The notes: a model not told the origin generated them from the sequence alone. Shown: positions 1 through 11,981, counted from the first letter of the stretch. The stretch is 64,000 bases of DNA from Octopus sinensis (GCF_006345805.1 NC_043000.1:145018001-145082000), one strand, 5' to 3'. Numbers and translations are program-made.

Positions 1-182
1 TTTATTAATTATTAATGTGTGTATGGGTGAGTGATCTTTGTGTCTGTTAATGTTGTAAGAAGAATTGAGCATCTATGGTAACAGAAGAGGGTTTTTTTGT
101 GTAGTTATGTGTTTTTGCACATATATATGTGCATACATTTGCTTATATGTGTGTTGTGCGTTTGCTTATATGTGTGAGATTG

Positions 183-414
183 AAGGCGGTGAGCTGGCGG
201 AAACGTTAGCACGCCGGGCGAAATGCGTAGCCGTATTTCGTCAGCCGTTACGTTCTGAGTTCAAATTCCGTCAAAGTCGACTTTGCCTTTCGTCCTTTGG
301 GGTCGATAAATAAAGTACTAGTTACGCACTGGGGTCGATGTAATCGACTTGATCCCTTTGTCTGTCCTTGTTTGTCCCCTCTATGTTTGGCTCCTTCTGG
401 GCAGTAAAGAAATA
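183..414 (+). mobile_element. tRNA-derived SINE, family A (single body)
   Basis: Head AAGGCGGTGAGCTGGCGGAAACGTTAGC with B-box-like GAGTTCAAATTCC and body GTCGACTTTGCCTTTC..GGGGTCGAT; homologous copies at 5109-5517, 30091-30688, 39600-39745 and 48715-48830. Confidence 0.85.
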
Positions 415-848
415 TATATATGTGAGTTATACGTGTGTGTTGTGTGTGGGCGTTCGTGTCTATGTGCGTGTGTTTGTGCTTGTACATATATGTTCGTAAG
501 AGGGTATATGAACGGGTGTGTATGTGAGTGTGTGCGTGTATTTCTGTGGGGCGTATAAGTGCGATCTTGTGGGTGTACGCGTTTGCGCGTGCGTGGGTGT
601 GTTTACGTGTACGTATGTGTGCATGTATGTGTGCATGTATGTGTGTCTATGTGCATGTATCTAGGTGTATGCACGTGTGTATATGCATGTGTGTATGGGT
701 GTGTGTATGCACATGTATACATGTGTATGCTTGTATGTGTGTGCTGTGAGTGTGTGTGATATTTGTGGGAGATATATGTGCTTACGTGTGTGCGAGTGCG
801 GGTGCGTGTATGCGCGTCCGTGTATGTATGTGTGCGGCTGTACATGTG
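415..848. repeat. Degenerate (TG)n/(TA)n low-complexity tract
   Basis: Imperfect GT/TA dinucleotide runs; source of the CV/HT-rich pseudo-ORFs. Confidence 0.85.
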
Positions 849-1164
849 ACTAAATAAAAATTTAAAATAAAATATAATAAAATAAAATAGATAACATTAA
901 TACAGAAAAGTAATAAATAAAAATAATAGAATTAATAAATAAAAATATATAAAAAGTAACATAAAAGATGAAAAAAAAATTAAATCGATAAATTAGAAAT
1001 TAATACAATTATACAAAAAATAAAGTAAAATGATCAAAATAAACAATTATGACGGAATAAACGATAAAAAGTCGATAAAAACCGAATAAAAGTTGTAAAA
1101 TGCGAGTGAGTATAAGATAGGATAAAAATAAATTTTTCTAGAAGTGTGTAGAGACAGTCATTGA

Positions 1165-1475
1165 GGAGAAGGGATTGTGTTGAGTTCGAAAGGTGTTTGT
1201 GTTTGTAGACTGAAAATGTTATACTGTTCCATGCAGATTATATAGTTCGCGAATCCGTGGTGCAAGGCACGGCCAAGGCCGGTGATATTTGTGGTGGAGT
1301 GGTTGTCCAAGCGAAAATGACGGGCGACGAGGGCATTGTTGCATGGCCACACATCTCGTAGATATTTGGTGAACCGGTCGGCTAGCCGGCGGTCCGTTTC
1401 AGGAACGTGCAGCTTGTTGCAGAGTTTACATCTCATGCAATAGATAAGGCAGGAAGACGTGCAGGAGAATGAGTA
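1165..1475 (-). pseudogene. Penelope-like element GIY-YIG endonuclease fragment (decayed)
   Basis: Translation FSCTSSCLIYCMRCKLCNKLHVPETDRRLADRFTKYLRD...VARHF aligns by eye with the endonuclease at 9590-9760 (FTCTSSNIIYCISCSLCNSLYIGQTGRRLADRFAEHLRD...VSRHF). Confidence 0.85.
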
Positions 1476-1507
1476 TGTAATGTAATATATATATATATAT
1501 ATATATA

Positions 1508-1617
1508 TCACCGTGATCACCGTGACCGACCAGACTATCAGATGTAGCTACATATCGCTGGTCACAATGCGCTTCGCATTGTCTTAGCCTTCAAATGACG
1601 CCACCCCGCTGGCTAAA
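1508..1617. repeat. About 110 bp GC-rich multi-hairpin insert in (TA)n, probably a retroposon 3' tail
   Basis: 9-bp tandem TCACCGTGA x2 at one end; hairpins GTGACC..GGTCAC, ACAATGCG-ctt-CGCATTGT and TTAGCC..GGCTAA; flanked by TA repeats on both sides. Confidence 0.5.
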
Positions 1618-1637
1618 TATATATATACATACATATA

Positions 1638-1710
<73 letters not shown>

Positions 1711-2177
1711 TATATTATTGTATGTTTGAACGCCACGCAACCATTTCCAAGTAATTTTATCTTAATAATTCTGATGCGACACTATTTTACTACTATCCCT
1801 ATTTCTCTCTCTCTCTCTCTCTCTCTCTTCCTGTTTCTATATTGTTTTTTTCTTTCTAATTTTTCTCCTTCGCTTCACCGTTCTCTATTTGTCATTCTCA
1901 CTTCATCACCTTCCCTCCATCACTCTGTCTTTGCTCACGCGTGACCGGAGGCCATCTTTCTTTTCCTGACTAGAATTTCTTTCCTCCTTCTCGTTCAGCT
2001 ACAGGGATAGCACTCACTTTTGTCTGTCTCCTGCCAAAGTTTGATACTGCCGCGTTCTCCACCTCACTTCGTTATGTCTAAACAACCCTTACCGTCTGTT
2101 TTCACTTCTCTGTGTTTGTTACCAAGTTTGACCCTACACAAATCGCAAATTCTCTTTAATTTGCTTTGCGGGAGCAA

Positions 2178-2225
2178 CTGTTATGACGAAGACGCATTTG
2201 TCCTACTGCTCGAAATGCGGAATAG
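2178..2225 (+). ncRNA. Decayed type I hammerhead ribozyme motif
   Basis: CTGTT-ATGACGA-A-GACGCA..TGCTC-GAAA-TGCGG-AATAG: helix I CTGTT/AATAG and helix II close to GAGCA/TGCTC, but C3 and the cleavage triplet are mutated. Confidence 0.45.
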
Positions 2226-2439
2226 ATAAAACAGTGATGAATGGATTATTCTTTATGTTGCCTGTCTTGTTTTTCTATTTGTTCTTTCGTTGTTCGCAAA
2301 ACACTTCGTTTTCCATGTTTTCGTTTTCGTATTTCATGTTCTCGTTTTCCATTTTCTTTACGTTTTTCGATGTCCTGTACCCATATAAGAATCTGTATAT
2401 ACAAATATATGCATGTACCTGTATGTATGCATATATACA

Positions 2440-2481
<42 letters not shown>

Positions 2482-2488
2482 GTATATA

Positions 2489-2559
<71 letters not shown>

Positions 2560-2613
2560 TATACATACATACATACATACGTACAAATATACATTCACAC
2601 ATATATGTATATA

Positions 2614-2649
<36 letters not shown>

Positions 2650-2731
2650 AGGTCCCGGGTTGATTCGGGGTTAACCACAGTAAATAAGGTACTCAATACA
2701 TAGCAGAGTAAAATTAATTTATTATATAGAA

Positions 2732-2786
2732 GGAGCTTCTACAGGACTAGAACTGTTTCATTCAAGAGAAATCTTCAGGAAGCTCC
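2732..2786 (-). ncRNA. Type I hammerhead ribozyme, complete
   Basis: Minus strand GGAGCTTC-CTGAAGA-T-TTC-TCTT-GAA-T-GAAA-CAG-TTCTAGTC-CTGT-A/GAAGCTCC: 8-bp helix I, CUGANGA, 3-bp helix II, GAAA, 4-bp helix III, GUA cleavage triplet. Confidence 0.85.
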
Positions 2787-2832
2787 TGAAGATTTCGCTT
2801 GAATGAAACAGTTCTAGTCCTGTAGAAGCTCC
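2778..2832 (+). ncRNA. Mirror-image hammerhead copy with bulged helix I
   Basis: GGAAGCTC-CTGAAGA-TTTCGCTTGAAT-GAAA-CAGTTCTAGTCCTGT-A/GAAGCTCC. Confidence 0.7.
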
Positions 2833-2875
<43 letters not shown>

Positions 2876-4582
2876 AATGTACTGAAGTCCAACCCATGTC
2901 TGCATGCAAAGCGGATGTTGAAGCATGTGCATCTAAATAATTTTCGCCTGAGAAATAACTTTTAGAACGGTAGGAAATCACTTGAGTTATATGCGCTGCA
3001 GTGAGAATAAACCCGTAAATATATAATAGCGGCTCGTTTATACGATTCACAGCATACTACAATTGTAATGAAAAAACAAAAAGGATACCAAAACTAACAA
3101 CAGTAAGAAAAATAATCTAACTTTGACACAAAACATTTGTTGAAAGATGTTTCCATTTTGCTATGTAGGTTCAGCTGCAATCATTGATCTTGTAAGTGAA
3201 TGTTATGAAAATACATACCTTGTCCATCTGAAGCGAGCTATGTATATTAATTGTATGAGACAGAACTATAAAGGCCAGACATGGACCAACATGCTTTAGT
3301 GAAGTATTCCGTCACTGCGCAAATGTAAGATATATTATAGTTATCGTTCTTCATTCATTAATACTGATAATGTAATTTTAACAGATGACACTAGCATAGA
3401 GAGCACGTCTATGAAATGGTAGAAAGATATTGCATCAAAATTTGTCAATACGTCGCAGCTATACTCATAAATACCAATATGCAGAATATATATTCATATA
3501 TATATATATATATTATATATATATATATACAGAGGGAGATAGAGATACTGACATAGACGCACACACAGACACACAGGCACAAAGGGACACATATTTGTGT
3601 GGGTCATTTCCCCGATAATAATAATCACTAAAAAATTCACATAAAGAATCATGAAGACTTCTCAGTAGAGCGGTGTCTGTCTCTGTATTTGTGCGTGTCG
3701 AGAACATTAGTTAAGCTACTTAACTGACATGGAAAATGAATTCAGAAATATTTCAAAGAATACGGGCACGTTAATGTATTCTCTAGCCAAAAAAAAATAA
3801 TAAACACAATAAAATCAGGTTTTACATTTTCTTATATAAATTTCAACAGGAAGAACACGAAGTAAGTAAAGCAACAATCACCATGTTCATCCTTCTGTAG
3901 TTTTCAGCATGGTCCGGCAGTTCAAATGTTTAGAACTTTTCTGTTAGCTTGTATTCAAGTTTATTTTCTACTACAACACAAGTTCTTTATTTTCTTCTCT
4001 GTCTCTAGAAAGTTTATATTCACAACAGTTGACGCGAAATATCACAATCCTTGTATATAAAACCTGCAATAAATACCATCATCGAGATTCTGTTTTGCCG
4101 TGATATTTATACGCAAGTGGTTACCTGTAGCTGAAAGCAGGCACAAGTCGAAAGCATTAAATACGTTCAGAGTCGTAAGGACAGATGCATTGCTGCCATA
4201 AACGTCTAATAGAAGAAATATTAATAAAAGTAAAGAACTTGTTATTCATGAGATAAATTGACGATAAAATCTCTCTGGAGGTCTTTCAGAAGACCAATAT
4301 TGTTTCCCAGTTATAACTCAATTTGCAAATACGTTTCTTTTTCTGTGTATACATATACTGTCTTCTTCTATGTTAGTAACGGTGTATATGTAAACGAGAG
4401 TGAACATAGGACAATGACTGTATTTTGCTTCAAAATGTATATCACTAGACAAGCTGCAAAATGCAGGTAATGACTATGTGATTATATATATTGAATGAAG
4501 TATATGCGCGCGCTTTCGGGCTCGTGTTTGTTTACACACACGCACACGTAGATACACACACGCACATACATGTATCAAAATG

Positions 4583-4780
4583 TGACCTCGTGTGTACCGT
4601 TGGCGATTTTGTTTCCTCTGTCTTCCCTTCTCTGGATCTTTCTTTCTCCTATATTTCCGACGAAGTGCTCCGCTCGAAACGTTAAACCCTCCCTCTTTCC
4701 TTCTTTCCTGAGCGTCCAATAATACTATATTTGTTCCACGTCCTCGCGTTGTTGTGTTTTTTGTGCTTTCTTGTTTGGAT

Positions 4781-4784
<4 letters not shown>
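4583..4784 (+). mobile_element. PLE pLTR-like short element with decayed minimal HHR (4654-4686)
   Basis: TTT-CCGACGA-A-GTGC-TCC-GCTC-GAAA-CGT-T-AAA followed by a roughly 100 nt tail ending at (TA)n; pyrimidine-rich upstream region like that at 10580-10710. Confidence 0.6.
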
Positions 4785-4815
<31 letters not shown>

Positions 4816-4816
4816 T

Positions 4817-5090
4817 TAGGAGGGTGGGCTGAAAAAGTTCATAGGCTGATTATGAAGGATGATGCTAGAGCTATGAAATATTGAATAATTTAGTTTGAAG
4901 CCCTCATAAATAACCTCATTGCTTATTCTAGGTAAACTGACATCTGACTGTTCAAATAAGACCTGAAATGTAACTAGTAGCAACATTTCATGAAAATGGA
5001 GAAACTTTGACATCGTGGTGTTATTAAGTATCTGAAGACAAAAGAAAGTTGAGGTATTTCCAAACCTTTTCGTATAATCGGCAATCATTT
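4817..5090 (+). mobile_element. Mariner-like transposon 5' fragment
   Basis: TIR-like AGGGTGGGCTGAAAAAGTTCATAGGCTGA, then MEKL*HRGVIKYLK, which resembles the mariner transposase N-terminus. Confidence 0.5.
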
Positions 5091-5108
5091 AGTAATATTG
5101 TTTTCTAT

Positions 5109-5517
5109 TCTAGGCACAAGGCCCGACATTTTGGGGAAAGGGGCCACTTGATTAGATCGAGTCCGGTACGCAACTGCTTCGTAATTTATCGACCTCGAAA
5201 GGATGAAAGGCAAAGTTGACCTCGGAGGAATGTGAACTCAGGCGAAATACCTATTTCTTTACTACCCACAAGGGGCTAAACACAGAGAGGAAAAACAAGG
5301 ACAGGCAGACGGATTAAGTCGATTATATCGACCCCAGTACGTAACTGGTACTTAATTGATCGACCCCGAAAGGATGAAAGGCAAAGTCGACCTCGGCGGA
5401 ATTTGAACTCAGAACGTATAGGCAGACGAAATACATATTTTTTTACTATCCACAAGGGGCTAAATACCGCTAAGCATTTCGCCCGGCTTGCTAACGTTTC
5501 TGCAAGCGCACCGTCTT
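5109..5517 (-). mobile_element. SINE family A, composite with repeated body segments
   Basis: Reverse complement of the family A head at about 5460-5517; repeated GAAAGGATGAAAGGCAAAGT(C/T)GACCTCGG blocks. Confidence 0.85.
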
Positions 5518-5950
5518 GGCAATCCGCTAGTAATATTGCTTGCGGGCAATTTCAGGTTTGTTTGTGAAATCGCTGTATTCTCAGGTTGTTTTCATCAAAG
5601 CAGCTTCAGTCTGTATTTGGATAAACTTTTGCTATCGGACAGTAGTATCTCAAACATTTCACCCCTAGCACTACATGATTTTCAAGTCTCTCTATTATGT
5701 TCGAATTTTATATAGTAATTTGTTAACATAGTAAATTGGCTGATACACTCTGATCATATATTTTAACTTCATCCCAATATTATGTTATGTTATCCACAGT
5801 ATAAATGATGCCGCACTTCTTCCAGTAGTCACTAACACTACTTTCGATATTGTAGTCATTTGATTTCATAAGCTGTTTGAAATTTCTCGCATAATATGCC
5901 TTGTAGTTAGTCATCACGACTTGTTGTGTTCGGATTACGGTAGCTGTATA

Positions 5951-5985
<35 letters not shown>

Positions 5986-6524
5986 TTTTCTCACATTATC
6001 AAAAAGCTCATTTAAGCCGACAAGATTGCTTAGTGTAATTTACATACATACATACATTTTGCCTGAAACTTTTCACTACTATAGCGGGATAAAAAGTATA
6101 TGTCAATCACTATTCAAACGAGCTTCGAGCCATCTATGCTTTTATTTTGAAATTCAAACTGAAGTAGAAAAAATGTGCTTAAACTTGAAAGCGTTTAGTT
6201 TTCCTGAATGATACATAGGCTTTAATTTTATGACTCCTGCAGTGTATTACCACTCAGAAGAAGCAACTGATAATGGTTCTTGATTTCGAAATTTCGTGTT
6301 CACGTTTCTTTTCTCTGGAAAATAATTTGCCTGCTGGTATATCGTTGCAATAAGTTCATTTTCATCAACCTCTGTGCATTTTTCATGTTATTTCAATATT
6401 TCCTACACGTCACCACGTGGGCGAAAATGCTATCAACAAAGCTTTTAACTACACCCCTCCCCCCACACACGTGTGTGTATGTATGTATGTATGTAAGTAA
6501 GTAAATTTGAATGTTCATGTGTAT

Positions 6525-6795
6525 TTACAGGAGAGTCACCTAAAATTTTAAAATCTGACGAAGACAGCTTCATACAATGTGACCAAATAAGGTTTATTGC
6601 GGTCCACATCTTTCATGATTGTTGCACTCGTGTGGAAACCTTTGAGGAAGAAGCCTTCACACTGCAGGTCAAAAATAAAACATCAACAGCAGATATCACG
6701 TTATCATCACTTCGATACTGGTTCCCTGCAAAATGTGTTTCTCATGTTAGGGAACAGTTGATATTCATACAGGGCCAAATCACCCCCCATTCAAT
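6525..6795 (-). mobile_element. Mariner transposase 3' fragment
   Basis: Minus-strand translation across a frameshift DLALYEYQLFPNMRKHFAGNQYRSDDNVISAVDVF resembles the mariner C-terminus (DLAPSDYHLFP.LK..L.G..Y.SDDEVISAV). Confidence 0.55.
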
Positions 6796-8013
6796 TATTC
6801 TTCAGTTGCTAAGAATACTTAGTATCAGCCACTGTATTAATGCTAGCAGCTCCACCACTTGATTCTAATTTGTGCAAATTCAAGTGCTTCTTGAACCTTG
6901 CAAATTACTCTGTCAATAACAGAAAATAATTTTCATTAGAAGTTACATCTCCCTGCCTTCTGCTAAACGCCCAACACACTCTTTGTTTTTCGACTTTTAC
7001 GTACATCGTTTTCATCGGCACATTCTTGAGATTCTGGTCGTTGATTATTACACAATAGAACCGCTTCCATTCAAGCTTCATATTACATCAAGAAAATAAT
7101 AAGGAACACAAGTTAATGAAGCAACTTCACGTACGCTTCGCTAATTTTCCTCTTTATTGCCACATATTATTACCACTGTAGATTTTCCAGCATAATCTTT
7201 TTGCAATGTTGCTAATATTTTCTTTTGCAGCTAGGACTTTCAAAACTTCAATATCAAGTGCAATCATGTTGTTACTCCTTCATGCTCTGCAGCCTTAAGT
7301 TCCACTTGATGGACTTATTTGAACGTAAGGAAAACAGCAATTATCCACAACAAATATTAATTTAGAGAGAAAGCGGCGCAAGGAAAATACTCTTACGTAG
7401 GAACAAAATTTGTTGACGTTTTCCTATGAAGGTAAGTATGGAATTGAACAAAAAAAAACATAAAAACATTGAAGGAGTGATGTTTGAGGAAATACTGTAT
7501 GACGAGATGTAATTGGAAGAGTTACTAGATGCACAGGCGTCTGTACCACGGACCAATGACACATATACATACACGAATATGCTCCACAAAATCTCCGACT
7601 TTCACACACGAGGAGTTTATAGTGAGTTATACAGTAACATTTGCAAACACACACAGACACCTTGTATGTGCGTGCATGTATGTGTCATATATATATACAT
7701 GTCTATGTACGCGCTTTTTTATGTGTTTATGCGTGCTGTGTGGCGTACCTTCTTAAAAAGAAAGAAAATACATCCCATGAGATTTATTTACCTACTGGTC
7801 TATTTACGAAACAACTTTCTTGCTACTAACAGGGACTGAAAGCTTTATCTCACTAATTTCTTAGTCATGATTAGCAAAAGCGAAACCAGTGACTCCCATA
7901 GAAAATATATATATTCTGTACAATTTTCATGATGCTATTTCAACATTTTCTACAAGTCACCACGTGAGGGAAAGGTTTCCAACGAGCATTTTTACTACAC
8001 ATACGCGCGCACG

Positions 8014-8066
<53 letters not shown>

Positions 8067-8689
8067 GTATGTATATTTATATCTACACGGAAACCAGTTG
8101 GATCTGTTTTTTCTGTGATGTGATCTACTTGGTGTGCTTTTGATCAGGTATCAGACGACGTGGCTGCCACCGAGAAGAAGCCTTCGTTATGCCAATTTCA
8201 TGGTGCATAATATTCTCAACTCTCGCGGGGTATGTTGATAACGTTGGCTATTTGAGTTATAGCAAAGTACCAGTCATTCATCACCATATACAAAACAGAA
8301 TTAATGTTTTTACTTTTTTTACTTTTTTTACATTTGCACTTATCCCATAGTGTATAAACAATATAAGCATGAGTCTTCTTGGTAGCTAAAAACGTTTTTC
8401 TTCAGATTCATGATATCACCACAATGCCAAATTATTTTAATGGGCAATAGCTGCTAGTTTCTTCCGAAGTCTTGTTTGGGCTCTCAGATATCAGTTTACG
8501 TGGGAGGGAACAATGCATGTATTAATAAAAGGAGATGAAATTACAATATGCAAGATTTCACAGCTTCAGCATTATTCTTTTATAACCAGCCTATGAACTA
8601 TACAGTACACACTCTTGTGTAAATATGTGTGTGTGTGAGTATATATACGTTTGACTATGTTTCTGTACATAAATACACCCACAAGCACA

Positions 8690-10150
8690 CGTTGAACTGC
8701 TTCTCGTTCGCGGGCGAGTTCTACCATCAGATCTCGGGAGTGGCCACGGGAACGCGAATGGGCGCCAACTATGCGAACCTGTTCGTTGGCTATGTTGAGG
8801 CCCAAATATTCTCTAATTTCACTGGTCCCACTCCTGAACTATATGGTCGTTACATTGACGACATTATCGGTGCCACCTCACTCTCCCGCGAACATCTAGA
8901 TTCCTTCCTCTCTTTCGTCCAATCTTTCCATCCAGCCCTCCACTTCACTTCCACTATCTCCAACACCTCTGTCTCCTTCCTCGACATTTCGGTTAGCATT
9001 CTTCACTCCACTCTTACCACCTCCATTCACTACAAACACACAGACTCACACTCATACCTCAACTTCTCTTCCTCCCACCCAGAACACACCTAGCTTTCCA
9101 TCCCCTATTCTCAATTCCTCCGTCTACGTAGGCTCTGTAGTGACGACCATGACTTTGAGACTCAGTCTCAACGTATGGCTCACCACTTCACCCTACGTGG
9201 ATACCCCCTCACCACTATCCACACCGCCCTTGCCAGAGCACGGTCCGTGGACCGTGTATCTGCTCTCTCTCCCCGAACCCGCCCTGTAGTCACCCGCCTC
9301 CCTTTTCCCCTCACTTACCACCCCACGACCCTACGTCTCCAACGCACCATTCTTCGAGATTTCCGTCATCTCCAGTCCGACCCGTCCACTTCACACCTCT
9401 TCCCTAACCGACCCCTCCCCTCTTTCAAACGAGCCCACAACCTTCGAGACCTTTTGGTCCATAGCTCCTTCCCTGACCCTACCTCCCAACCCGGCTCGTT
9501 CCCCTGCTCCCGCCCACGTTGCCGCACTTGCCCTTACCTCTCCAACACCACCCGCCTCACTAGCACCCACCATCGACCCTATCCCATCATCCACTCCTTC
9601 ACCTGCACCTCCAGCAATATTATCTATTGCATCTCTTGCTCTCTCTGCAATTCCTTGTACATCGGACAAACGGGACGCCGCTTGGCTGACCGGTTCGCGG
9701 AACACCTTCGTGACATCCACCTTGCGAACGACACACCGGTCTCACGCCATTTCCGCTCCACTCCTTGCAACACCTATCTGTGTTCGGTTTGTCCTTACAC
9801 AGAGGCCATCCGGATTCCCGTTTGCGCCGTGAACAGGAATTAATCTTCTCTCTTCGCTCTTATACGCCATTTGGTCTCAACTCTCCCCCCTCCTCATCTA
9901 ACCCCCTCCCCCCTCCTCCTCACCTATCCTTTCCCCCCGACCCCTACCTCTTCAGTCCTTCATCCTTTCACCCCTACTCCCCTTCCCTTCTTCCCTCTTT
10001 CTCCCTCCCTCCTTCCTTCTTCCCTTCCCTCTGCTCCCTCACTCCCCTTCTCTCTCCCCTCTCCCCCTCCTTATCCCCCTCCTCTCCTCTTCCCCCCTCT
10101 CCTCAACCTCTTATCCCCTCCCCCTACCCCTTTCTCCTCACTACACCACA
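8690..10150 (+). mobile_element. Penelope-like retroelement, 5'-truncated (Neptune-like RT plus C-terminal GIY-YIG)
   Basis: GC-rich island; RT motifs FYHQISGVATGTRMGANYANLF and YGRYIDDI; SHPEHT*LSIPYSQFLRLRRLCS; Cys linker CSRPRCRTC; GIY-YIG IYCISCSLCNSLYIGQTGRRL; terminal REQELIFSLRSYTPFGLN; C/T-rich 3' region. Confidence 0.92.
8692..9885 (+). pseudogene. PLE RT-endonuclease ORF with 1 in-frame TAG (9091-9093) and 1 frameshift (about 9763)
   Basis: ORFs 8629-9093, 9175-9843 and 9765-10190 join into one PLE protein. Confidence 0.9.
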
Positions 10151-10182
10151 CGACTTTACACATCACATCATATATGATGTGC

Positions 10183-10572
10183 TATACTAATACATACACC
10201 AACTAATACATACTAATACGTACTAATACATACTAATACATACTAATACATACACCAACCCTATACATACACACGTCCAGACCCCTCATACGCACTTATA
10301 CTCTCTCATACACACACACACACACTTATACATACTAATACGTACTAATACATACTAATACATACTAATACATACACCAACCCCATACATACGTGCGTCC
10401 AGACCAATCCTACGCACTAATACTCTCTCATACACACACACACACACACACACACCCTTATACATACTAATACATACACCAACCCTATACATACACACGT
10501 CTAGACCCCTCCTACGCACTATTAGTTGGTCCTTCAACCCTATTATCAACCCTATTATCAACCCTATTATCT
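10183..10572. repeat. Compound minisatellite
   Basis: (CATACTAATA)n blocks inside about 3 longer units (..ACCAACCCTATACATACACACGTCCAGACC..), ending in (AACCCTATTATC)x3. Confidence 0.8.
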
Positions 10573-10579
10573 CCCCTTA

Positions 10580-10840
10580 TTTCGCTCTCGCGTCTCATGT
10601 TTGATCTTTGACCTCTGGCCGAAATCAGATCGCCATGTTGATTCGTTCGCTACTGCACGCATTTTTTTTCTCTCCTTCTTTCTGTGTTTTTTTTCTCTTT
10701 GTGTATCTTTCTGTTGAAGAGCGTAGGCTCGAAACGTTAAAGACTTGTTTTATTTATATTTCTTGAGCGCCATACTAATACAATTGTTCGTTTGTTTTCC
10801 ACCTGCCTTCGTCTTTTGTCTATTTTCATAAAGCTTGCCG

Positions 10841-10842
<2 letters not shown>
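10580..10842 (+). mobile_element. pLTR-like HHR-bearing element; sister copy at 24570-24746
   Basis: About 170 bp nearly identical to the reverse complement of 24570-24746; the tail ends at (TA)n. Confidence 0.8.
10706..10743 (+). ncRNA. Minimal type I hammerhead, CUGUUGA core variant
   Basis: TCTTT-CTGTTGA-A-GAGC-GTAG-GCTC-GAAA-CG-T-T/AAAGA; palindromic ACGT helix III; GUU triplet. Confidence 0.7.
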
Positions 10843-10885
<43 letters not shown>

Positions 10886-11229
10886 CGCGTGTGTGTGTGT
10901 GTGTAGGTCATTGCTGTCATCTCTAGCATTACGTGATACACACAGACCCGGGTTTCTGAGTAACATCTCGTCATTACAGTTTGATAATCACCAGCTAGCA
11001 ATGAGAACTCATTCCCAACGCAAAATGTTATATGCTTTTTACCAGTGACAAAGTGTCGCTGATCTCAAAAAAAGGAGAAAGAAGCAATCTTAAATCTAAC
11101 AGAGTCTTTCAGCATTCCCGGAAATGAAATTGTTCTTTATATATTGGAAAGAAAAATGGAAAATATTTGTATAGAAATTTATTCTAATTTCAATTTGTTC
11201 TTCAATTGGGAAATCAATTCTGAATTCAT

Positions 11230-11360
<131 letters not shown>

Positions 11361-11713
11361 AGAAGAATATTAATAATAATAATGGTGGTGATTATGATGA
11401 TGATGATGATGTTGATTTATGACATAATCTCTGTTCCGTGAGTTGAACAATCCTCTTTCTCTCCATTAATCATACATACGTTGTCGGTGTCCACTAATAT
11501 GAGCACCATTTTCATCTTCAGGGTTGCTCAGGTAATAACACTACAAGACCACCACAATGACTTGTTTGTTCTATCTACATCGTATGTGTGCTTGTGTGTG
11601 CGTAAGAGAGAGAGAGAGAAAGAATGAGAGTGCCACTTAGACGTCACTTACTCTCTCGGTCTCTCTCCCTCTCTCTCTCTCTCTCTGTCTCATACATACA
11701 CACGCGCACATAT

Positions 11714-11947
11714 AATCCTTTATTCTTTTACTCTTTTACTTGTTTCAGTCATTTGACTGCGGCTTTAGTCGACCAAATCGACCCCTGGATTTATTCTTTG
11801 AAAGTCTAGTACTTATTCTATCGATCTCTTTGGTTGAACCACTAAGTTACGGGGACGTAAACATACCAGCATCGGTTGTCAAGCGATGTTGAAGGGACAA
11901 ACACAGACACACAAACATACATACACATACAGACACACACACATATT

Positions 11948-11981
<34 letters not shown>

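Larger units (their letters stand above)
2649..2841 (-). mobile_element. Short HHR-bearing element in (TA)n with fold-back duplication of its 5' part
   Basis: Flanked by (TA)n on both sides; 2723-2780 is the reverse complement of 2784-2841 with 1 mismatch. Confidence 0.75.

Noticed and set aside
7231-7324. Candidate exon with TTTTGCAG acceptor, GTAAGG donor and one open frame
   Set aside because: No recognisable product or partner exons, and such signals arise by chance
9091-9093. In-frame stop in the PLE ORF as possible selenocysteine recoding
   Set aside because: The codon is TAG, not TGA, and falls where Lys is expected (HP.HTK), so it is a simple nonsense mutation
10183-10572. Repeat array as a CRISPR-like structure
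   Set aside because: Contiguous low-complexity units without unique spacers, in a eukaryotic context
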